In this document: in pieces, positions 41,292 through 50,456 of the stretch
Position numbering within the stretch: the stretch's first letter is position 1
Layout of the letters: every line of letters starts with the position of its first letter
DNA from: Macrostomum lignano
Taxonomy: Eukaryota
NCBI GenBank assembly: GCA_002269645.1
Contig: NIVC01001823.1
Location: 1-64,000, forward strand
DNA: 64,000 nucleotides
Direction: 5' to 3'
Notes under the pieces: generated by a model
Told to the model about the DNA's origin: nothing
Seen by the model: the letters and a program-made list of their open reading frames with translations, nothing else
Database searches by the model: none
Position numbers and translations under genes: made by a program

Positions 41292-43489
41292 CTGAGGGTG
41301 ACGAACCTCTCCAGCCGCGCTCTCGCACCGGTTGAACTGCAACTGCTGGAGCGCGGCCAGTCCTTCGTAGTGGCTCCTCAGTGCACCTCGGCGGAGTCAC
41401 TGGCGTCCGGCGTCCGCGACTTTGGCGAGCGTCTGGCCGTGTCGGCGACTCGCGGTTTCAAGTGCGAACTGACGGTGGACGATGGTCCGCCGCTTCCCCG
41501 CCGCCGAACGGCCAGCATCGATTCGAGCCGCCTCCGGCCCGAAATTCAAGCCGCTCTGGCGGAGCTGGATGACGTCAGAGAGAACATCCGGGACTGCAGG
41601 AACGCTCTAAACATCAGCCAGACGGAGGCAAAGGCACTGCGAGATCTGCGGGCAGACAAGTCCATCGTCATCAAGCCGGCCGACAAGGGCAGCCAGCTGG
41701 TCATTCTGGACCGGCAGGACTATGTCCGTGAATGCCTGCGTCAGCTGGAAGACGCTGTTTTACCGACCTCTGAGCGCACCGATCAGCCGCTTCACAGCCC
41801 AGATGATCCGCGGCGCCTTCAGATCGCTGCTGGACCGAAGGATCATCGATCGGCGCAAGTTCAACGCCTTCTGCCCGAAGGAAGAGTTCCGCACGCGGTG
41901 CTTCTACATCCTGCCGAAGATCCACAAGCCCGTCGAGTCGTGGCCGCTCGGTGACATTCCTCCGGGCCGGCCCATCGTGTCTGATGTGGATAGCGAGTCC
42001 TACGCCAGCGGCCGCTTCATCGACAGCTTCCTGCAGCCGATCGTCATCCAGCTGCCCAGCTTCATCAGGGACACTGACCACTTCCAGGCCGCCATCCGCG
42101 GGATCGCCTGTGCGGCGTCCGAGGAGTCCTTCCTGTTTACCATGGACGTCGCCAGCCTGTATACCAACATCCTGACGGAGGCCGGCTTCGAGTGCGTGCG
42201 AAGAGCGTTTAGGGAGCACCCGGACTGCCGGCGCCCAGACGCCAGCCTGCTCAGCCTGCTCAAGCTGAACCTGGAGCGCAACGACTTCGAGTTTGACGGC
42301 AGGTACTTTCTGCAGGTGAAAGGCACTGCAATGGGGAAGTCGTTCGCACCCAGCTACAGCAACATCTTCTTGGGCTACTGGGAGCAGAGAGGCCTGGAGA
42401 CCAGCCCGCAGAAGCCCAGCCTGTGGCTCCGCTACATCGACGACGTCTTTGGAGTGTGGCGTGGCACAGAGGCGGAGCTGATCCAGTTCCATAAACACCT
42501 GGACGCCCTCGACCCCAACATCCGACTTCAACTGAGCTACAGCAGCACAGAGGTGAACTTCCTGGACACCACCGTCTTCTGGGACCGCGAAGGCGACAGC
42601 AAAAGCCTGGCAACCAGGGTGTATTTCAAGCCCACCGACAGCCGAGTCCTCATCCACCGCGGCTCCTTCCATCCTAAACGAACTTTCCGGGGCGTGGTGA
42701 AGTCCCAGCTCCTCAGGTACGCCCGGCGGTGCTCCCGGATGGCCGACTTCGACGCAGCGTGCACCGGGCTTATGTCGAATCTGGTGCAGCACCTAGGCTA
42801 CAGCCGGCGCTTCCTCCGCACCATCAAGTACGACGTGCTGACAGAGCTGGGCTTCTACCTTCCTGCTGGAGTTGGGCTTACTGCCGTGCAACTCGGCCTG
42901 ACTCTGCAAGTGCTGCCAGGCGCACGCCAGGTTCACCTCCGTCTGCCCCGGATCAGCAGCCACGACAGTCCAGCTCATCATCAGTCAGCGGATCGACTGC
43001 AACGCCACGAACGCCGTCTACGCCGTGTTCTGCCGCCGGTGCGACCACACGGTCTACGTCAGCGAGACCGCCAACAGCATCCGCGGTCGCATGCTGGCGC
43101 ACATCGGCGACATCCGGCACACCCGCGACACTCTGGTGGCGCGCCACTTCACCAGCGGTGGCCACAGTCTGACGGACTTCGCCTTCACTGGCATCTGGAC
43201 ACGCGATGGCACAGGACCCAGAGCTGACGAGCGGCGTCAGCGCCAGGAGGCCAAGTTCATTGAGGTCCTGAGGACTCATGTTCCACACGGCGCCAACGAA
43301 CTTGCCGGCGTACTGCACAACCCGGCCATCCCGCTGATCCTGCCCCACTGTGCGACCTCCGACGCCCTGGCTGCCAAAGTGAAGGACAGGGTGATACGCC
43401 ACTGCGAGACCCCGGTGCTGCCCGCCTATACCAAGGGAAGAAGCCTCCGCACCCTGCTCTGTCATAGTCGGTTCGATCCTGCCAACTAG
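41292..43489 (+). pseudogene. PLE ORF2: reverse transcriptase, Cys-rich linker, GIY-YIG endonuclease; frameshifted
   Basis: VTNLS..LLERGQSF, IKPADKG, FYILPKIHK, GRPIVS, MDVASLYTNI, GTAMG, RYIDD, NFLD, YFKPT; then CKCC, VY..C..C..YVSET, R..H, RHF, E..FI..L.T..P.G.NE. Frameshifts near 41760 and 42860, TGA at 42899. Confidence 0.9.
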
Positions 43490-43670
43490 GTCTTTTTTGA
43501 CGCCTGTACAGAGAGGCTCTTTTACTGTTTTACCCCTCTGTGCTTTTTCATTGGCTTTATTTTGATCTATTTTGATTATTTTATTCTCTGTTTTTTTCAT
43601 TTTTCTGACACTGCGTACGGTGCACCTGCATTTTTTGCTCTGAGCATTTAATAATTTTTATTTACCTTGT

Positions 43671-44022
43671 CTATTTATTTTGCCATTTATTTTTACAATT
43701 TTTATTCTACACTTTAAGGTCGTTTAGGCCCACTTGTACAGTTTTAGCCACCCCCCACTTTTCTCATAGTCTCAGACTCGCCTTATTGTACTGACCATGC
43801 GCACTGTTTTAAGTGCTTGAGCACACCCATTTATCGATCGTCTCTCCCTGGCGATATCGCCTTTATATATTGACGGCAATTCGCGCCAAATAAACTTCAC
43901 TCGCTTACAGCCCTGACGAAGAAATTTAATTTCGAAATATCGGCTACTCAATTTAAATTGACTTTTTTCAGTCCTTTCTGACTTTCTACCGTGTCAGTGC
44001 CCGAGATTGGAGGCGCCCTCCT
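43671..44022 (+). repeat. 3' pseudo-LTR of the Penelope-like element
   Basis: Direct repeat of 38807-39158. Confidence 0.9.
43909..43945 (+). ncRNA. Minimal type I hammerhead ribozyme, copy 2
   Basis: Identical to 39045-39081. Confidence 0.8.
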
Positions 44023-44662
44023 CTCTCTCTCTCTCCCTCTCTCTTCCTCTCTCCCTCTCTCTCCCCCTCTCTTCCTCTCTCTCCCCTCTCTTTCTCTCTC
44101 TCTCTGTCCCTCTCTCTCCCTCTCTCTCCCTCTCTCTGTCCCTCTCTCTCCCTCCCTCTTTCCTTCTCTTCCTCTCTCTCCCTCCCCCCCCCTCTCTCCC
44201 TCTCTCTCCCTCTCTTTCCTCTCTCCTCTCTCTCCCCCTCTCTCCCTCTCTCTCCCCTCTCTTTCTCTCTCTCTCTGTCCCTCTCTCTCCCCTCTCTCCC
44301 TCTCTCTCCCCTCTCTTTCTCTCTCTCTCTGTCCCTCTCTCTCCCTCTCTCTCCCTCTCTCTGTCCCTCCCTCTCCCTCCCTCTTTCCTTCTCTTCCTCT
44401 CTCTCCCTCTCTCCCCCTCTCTCCCTCTCTCTCCCTCTCTCTCCCTCTCTCTCCCTCCCTCTCTCCCCCTCTCTCTCCCTCTCTCTTTCTCTCTCTCTGT
44501 CCCTCTCTCTCCCTCCCTCTTTCCTTCTCTTCCTCTCTCTCCCTCTCTCCCCCTCTCTCCCTCTCTCTCCCTCTCTCTCCCTCTCTCTCCCTCCCTCTCT
44601 CCCCCTCTCTCTCCCCTCTCTCCCTCTCTCTCCCTCTCTCTCCCTCTCCCTCTCTCTCTCTC
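44018..44662. repeat. CT-rich tract following the 3' pseudo-LTR
   Basis: Direct reading. Confidence 0.9.
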
Positions 44663-44706
44663 TTCGTTGCTGCACTGCGCGCTCCGCAACACTGCGCAAC
44701 ACTTGC

Positions 44707-44743
44707 AGCCCTGACGAAGAAATTTGATTTCGAAATATCGGCT
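44707..44743 (+). ncRNA. Minimal type I hammerhead ribozyme, copy 3
   Basis: Same as copies 1-2 except the stem II loop (TTG for TTA), so pairing is preserved. Confidence 0.8.
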
Positions 44744-44814
44744 ACTCAATTTAAATTGACTTTTTTCAGTCCTTTCTGACTTTCTACCGTGTCAGTGCCC
44801 GAGATTGGAGGCGC

Positions 44815-45385
44815 CCTCCTCTCTCTCTCTCTCTCTCCCTCTCTCTCCCTCTCTCTGTCCCTCTCTCTCCCTCCCTCTTTCCTTCTCTTCCTCTCTCTCC
44901 CTCCCCCCCCCTCTCTCCCTCTCTCTCCCTCTCTCTTCCTCTCTCCCTCTCTCTCCCCCTCTCTCCCTCTCTCTCCCCTCTCTTTCTCTCTCTCTCTGTC
45001 CCTCTCTCTCCCCCTCTCTCCCTCTCTCTCCCCTCTCTTTCTCTCTCTCTCTGTCCCTCTCTCTCCCTCTCTCTCCCTCTCTCTGTCCCTCCCTCTCCCT
45101 CCCTCTTTCCTTCTCTTCCTCTCTCTCCCTCTCTCCCCCTCTCTCCCTCTCTCTCCCTCTCTCTCCCTCTCTCTCCCTCCCTCTCTCCCCCTCTCTCTCC
45201 CCTCTCTTTCTCTCTCTCTCTGTCCCTCTCTCTCCCTCCCTCTTTCCTTCTCTTCCTCTCTCTCCCTCTCTCCCCCTCTCTCCCTCTCTCTCCCTCTCTC
45301 TCCCTCTCTCTCCCTCCCTCTCTCCCCCTCTCTCTCCCCTCTCTCCCTCTCTCTCCCTCTCTCTCCCTCTCCCTCTCTCTCTCTC
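44815..45385. repeat. CT-rich tract of the duplicated terminal unit
   Basis: Direct reading; followed by the same 35-nt tail as 44663-44697. Confidence 0.9.
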
Positions 45386-47171
45386 TTCGTTGCTGCACTG
45401 CGCGCTCCGCAACACTGCGCGATGCCCATTGACTGCTAATTTAGCGTACATTAATTGCGACTTTTATCGACCCTCTGCTTCATCAAAATTTATATAAAAT
45501 AAATTTATCAACCGTTTCTGATTCCTTATGAGCCCGGATGATGCCTGACGCGAGGCAAAGCATGTCGCAAATTTCATTTCAAGAATGCTCACGTTCCTAT
45601 TTCTATTGTTTACTGAACGCGCAACTTTGCCAAGATTGTCAAAGACTTCTTCTTTTGCTAGCTTATGTACATGCACTTCTGCAGTTGGTCTTTTCCAATT
45701 TTCTGTGGATTTATGGTGCTGGTTTGTTTCCTTAAGAGTTCTATTTTTCTGGAAATAATTTATAGCTGCGAGTTCAAAGCTAATTTTCAAGTGATTTTTC
45801 TCGATAATGATAAATTTTTCTGCTTGCGGTCTTTCTGGGACGGCACGATCAGTGCGATATACCCTTGGGTTAGGTGCATTTTCATTGTTTCTTTTTGCGA
45901 ATCCTGTAGCTGTCTAGTGAGACATCTTGTCACACTGAAGCCCGGTTTTGAGCCCTCACGCTTCTCTTGTTGTTCCAAGGTGATGCATATTTTTCTATGC
46001 TCATATTTTGTCTGTGCGGCTACTAAATATGCAGTGTTTCTGGTCCTTGTTGATGACATTGCATGTCAGGAAGGCTGCTTTGTTGGATAAAGAAGAACCC
46101 CTGTCACCCTGTCACCCCTGTCACCCCTCTCACCCTGTCACCTCTGTCACCCCTGTCACCCCTGTCACCCCTGCACCCTGTCACTTGTGTCACTATGGTG
46201 ACTGTAGTTATAGTGATGATTTCGGTCTGGTACTTGATTTGTCTCCCTGATTCTTATTTGCTAATATTAATTATGCAGCTTCTGTCCAAATGGTTGATTG
46301 ATTGAACTTGGTGAAAGCAACTGTACTTCAATACGCTCGTATCTGTTGCTTCAACAAAGGAAACGCACGCTGACCAATTGGTACAGCTCCATTAACAACC
46401 GATCCATTCCACCAGAAGCCCGAGAAGTTGACCTTCATGCTTGAGAACCGCCTCAGTACAATTGCATGGAGTCGAGCCTCAGCACAGGGTTTTTTGTCGA
46501 GAGACAGACTCGTTTCGGCTGAGCTGCTCAGCCTCTCAATTGCAGTCTCGGGCTTCATCAGGTGTTTATCATTAAAGTGCAGCCGAGCTCTGGCAGCCCA
46601 TCTCAATTCTGCCCAGCTCTCGGCCGCAGCAATGCACTGCATTTTGCATTCCTGCTAACAATTGTTGGTAGCAATGGCTTATTTATCATAGAATAATGCA
46701 GTCTTGAGCCGTAGGTAGCGAGTGGTTAGAGAGGCCAGCTCAAACTCAAGCAGCAATTATCTCTGCTCGCTCGCTATTCTCAGGCTCGCACACCGCCCGC
46801 TCCTGCCAGCCTCCCTGCGGTTTAAACGCGAGCTCTGTCCAGCCCTTGCGGTTTCCGGGTGCAACCAGCAGTGCTGTGCTCAGTCTGTTTTGAGTAGTGA
46901 GCTGGCTAGACTCGTTTATTGCCTCTGAGGCAGGGGTGCGGGGGGTTGGGTGGTTCGAGAGGCCAGTATGGGGTGATTACGAACTCAAACAGTTGTCACT
47001 TTGCAGCTGCGAGTGCTGAGCTGGGTGGGGCCGTTTCAGATGAAGGTTGGAGACTGCGAGCGCATTTTCAGTGCTTTGCTTTTGCCATTTTGCCTCGGGC
47101 GCTGCTCTTCTTCAGCTGCACGACAACTCACGGGGCCAATTTTTCCTGCTCACACAAGCCCAAGTGATTGC

Positions 47172-47244
47172 GGCCACGAACGGAATCGAACCCGGGGTCG
47201 CGGCGGGAGAGTCAGACGCGTTTAGCGCTGAGCTGCTCTGCCTC
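47172..47244 (-). pseudogene. tRNA-Glu(CTC)-like pseudogene or SINE head
   Basis: Reverse complement reads GCAGCTCAGCGCTAAACGCGTCTGACTCTCCCGCCGCGACCCCGGGTTCGATTCCG. The 3' half resembles tRNA-Glu CTCTCACCGCCGCGGCCCGGGTTCGATTCC, but acceptor and T stems pair poorly. Confidence 0.5.
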
Positions 47245-47304
47245 TGTTTGCAAACCCTTTGCTCAAATTCAATTGCAATTAAACTGATCCGACTGGGGGC
47301 ATCC

Positions 47305-47558
47305 ACTGTCTCTTGCCGGGCTCCCCTGTCTCTTGCCGGGTGCCCCTGTCTCTTGCCGGGCTCCCCTGTCTCTTGCCGGGTGCCCCTGTCTCTTGCCGGG
47401 AACCCCTGTCTCTTGCCGGGTGCCCCTGTCTCTTGCCGGGCTCCCCTGTCTCTTGCCGGGAACCCCTGTCTCTTGCCGGGCACCCCTGTCTCTTGCCGGG
47501 AACCCCTGTCTCTTGCCGGGAACCCCTGTCTCTTGCCGGGCACCCCTGTCTCTTGCCT
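47305..47558. repeat. 20-bp minisatellite (CCCCTGTCTCTTGCCGGGNN), about 13 units
   Basis: Direct reading. Confidence 0.95.
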
Positions 47559-48154
47559 GGCACTCCTACCACGATCCCTGTCCAGGTGCATGTCATTTCC
47601 AAGAGGTCAAAAGTTGAGTTTCTATCATTATTTTAGCTTGATTTACCTCTATTCTTCATTGATAGTTATTTGAGAGCAAAAGGTGACCAACCGTCAGTCA
47701 CTTAAACAGTCAGGAAGCTTCAGTGTGCCGAAGAGACTTGTCAGCCACTTCGTTAGCATAAGACTTCATGATTTTGCAATGTAAAATTCTGGCATTGCAG
47801 TCTTAAGTTTTTAAAATGATTCTTTCCGGTGCCTAATCTATTAAGAAATTATTTTTCAATGAAACCCAACACCATAAGGGTGGCACCTGTATCTGTGGTT
47901 GCCTCAAGTCAGAGTCATTTGACCATCTGCCAGCTTTCTGTGGTCAGCTTGGCAAGGGGCTGGCCCTGCTGAATCAGCCCACAGGGACTTCGAAGCCATC
48001 CAATGACCTCTGCTCATGTCTTATGCGAGAATTAACTCCAATCTGTAACAATCACAGCTGACTTTGTTCTGACACTAAATGATAAGCAGCCAATTGCTGC
48101 ACTGCTGCGGATACTTATGTGTATGTGTATTGAAAACTTTGAGAATATTACAAA

Positions 48155-49122
48155 GATGGTGGCTGTAAGGATGCTGACTGTAGGGATGGTGACTGCAGGG
48201 ATGGTGACTGTAGGGATGGTGGCTGTAGGGATGCTGACTGTAGGGATGGTGACTGCAGGGATGGTGACTGCAGGGATGGTGACTGCAGGGATGGTGACTG
48301 TAGGGATGGTGGCTGTAAGGATGCTGACTGTAGGGATGGTGACTGCAGGGATGGTGACTGCAGGGATGGTGACTGCAGGGATGGTGACTGTAGGGATGGT
48401 GACTGTAGGGATGCTGACTGTAGGGATGGTGACTGTAGGGATGGTGACTGTAGGGATGCTGACTGTAGGGATGCTGACTGTAGGGATGGTGACTGTAGGG
48501 ATGCTGACTGTAGGGATGCTGACTGTAGGGATGCTGACTGTAGGGATGGTGACTGTAGGGATGGTGACTGTAGGGATGGTGACTGTAGGGATGGTGACTG
48601 TAGGGATGGTGACTGCAGGGATGGTGACTGTAGGGATGGTGACTGTAGGGATGGGGACTGTAGGGATGGTGACTGTAGGGATGGTGACTGTAGGGATGGG
48701 GACTGTAGGGATGCTGACTGTAGGGATGGTGACTGTAGGGATGGTGACTGTAGGGATGGTGACTGTAGGGATGGTGACTGTAGGGATGGTGACTGTAGGG
48801 ATGGTGACTGTAGGGATGGTGACTGTAGGGATGGTGACTGTAGGGATGGTGACTGTAGGGATGGTGACTGTAGGGATGGGGACTGTAGGGATGCTGACTG
48901 TAGGGATGCTGACTGTAGGGATGGTGACTGTAGGGATGGTGACTGTAGGGATGGTGACTGTAGGGATGGTGACTGTAGGGATGGTGACTGTAGGGATGGT
49001 GACTGTAGGGATGGTGACTGTAGGGATGGTGACTGTAGGGATGGTGACTGCAGGGATGGTGACTGTAGGGATGGTGACTGCAGGGATGGTGACTGTAGGG
49101 ATGGTGACTGTAGGGATGGGGA
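48155..49122. repeat. 15-bp minisatellite (GGGATGGTGACTGTA), about 64 units
   Basis: Direct reading. Confidence 0.95.
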
Positions 49123-49727
49123 CTTTTATTAATCTAATCGTAATTATTCGTAGGATGTTAAAGACGAAGAACGGCAGTGATGAGAGGCTTCTGCAGAAAA
49201 GCGAAAGAATGTCAATTATTGCCGCTAAATGCACTCGCCAAACTCAACCCAGCAGACTCTCAACTGCCTGAGATGCGCACAAGAGAGACAGTGAAAGCAT
49301 AGGAGAGTCTGCAGTTAAGAAGGCCAGAGTGCAGAGTGAGAGAGAAAACTGGCCAAATTTAGCAATGCATTTTCTGTACATTTGACCGCCCCCTCAAACC
49401 GATGCACTGCGGGACTGAGCAGCATTTTACACCGCTCAGTGGGCCATTAAATGCATTTAAAGATCTCACACTGTACTGAGGCACAATGGGTCAGCTCAGC
49501 CTCATCAAGTACAGCTTGGGGTGGCCGCTGCAGCCGCAGCCTCTCCGTTGCCATGCTGGGTGCACAGAGGCGAAGGCGGCGGACTCAGCGCTCATGCTCG
49601 GAAGAGAAGTTTCGGCTGCTCAGGCCGGGGGTGGTCGGCCTCGCCAGAGGCTGCAAAAGGGGGGGGGCAGCTGAGAGATGAGGCGGTAAAATCTTTCTGG
49701 CAACCGGCTGCACAAACCTTTGAAACA

Positions 49728-50190
49728 CCTGCCACTCTGACAGCAGCCGTGACTGACATCTACCACTCTGACAGCAGCCGTGACTGACATCTGCCGCTCT
49801 GACAGCAGCCGTGACTGACATCTGCCACTCTGACAGCAGCCGTGACTGACATCTGCCACTCTGACAGCAGCCGTGACTGACATCTTCCACTCTGAAAGCA
49901 GCCGTGACTGACATCTGCCACTCTGACAGCAGCCGTGACTGACATCTGCCACTCTGACAGCAGCCGTGACTGACATCTGCCACTCTGACAGCAGCCGTGA
50001 CTGACATCTGCCACTCTGACAGCAGCCGTGACTGACATTTGCCACTCTGACAGCAGCCGTGACTGACATCTGCCACTCTGACAGCAGCCGTGACTGACAT
50101 CTGCCACTCTGACAGCAGCCGTGACTGACACCTGCCCCTCTGACAGCAGCCGTGACTGACATCTGCCACTCTGACAGCAGACGTGACTGA
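49728..50190. repeat. 31-bp minisatellite (CTGCCACTCTGACAGCAGCCGTGACTGACAT), about 15 units
   Basis: Direct reading. Confidence 0.95.
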
Positions 50191-50456
50191 CATATGCCAA
50201 GGATCATACGTAGGGTTCATAAATAAAATTTTAATGCAGCGAAGCCATCCTTTTTTCTCACCCTCTCCCTCCCTTTCCCCCCTTTATTGAAAAAATAAAG
50301 AGCAGTCAGACCACATCTCTACCTCCCTCCCCGCTTTATTCCTACTCAACTCATTAGCTTTTTCCTCTCCTTCCCTCTCCCTCGCCCTCTCTTTCTCCAT
50401 CCACTCTTTCTCCCTTTCTGAAGTCTCGACCCGCTGTTTAACACGGCAGCCGCACA

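Larger units (their letters stand above)
38807..45420 (+). mobile_element. Penelope-like retroelement (RT + C-terminal GIY-YIG) with pseudo-LTRs and an upstream ORF1; decayed copy
   Basis: About 350-bp direct repeats (38807-39158, 43671-44022) plus a third partial copy from 44706; PLE-type RT and GIY-YIG motifs; hammerhead ribozymes in each repeat; no integrase or protease. Confidence 0.9.

Noticed and set aside
38807-44022. LTR retrotransposon interpretation of the direct repeats
   Set aside because: No TG..CA ends, PBS, protease or integrase. RT motifs, GIY-YIG and hammerheads indicate a Penelope-like element.
45464-46090. Overlapping 90-141 aa ORFs, possible transposase remnant
   Set aside because: No DDE or other motif recognisable by eye.
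46708-46745. A-box-like GTAGCGAGTGGTTAGAG
   Set aside because: No downstream B-box or tRNA structure.
48032-49271. ORFs (MVTVG)n / (IPTVT)n
   Set aside because: 15-bp minisatellite; no non-repeat coding context or splice sites.
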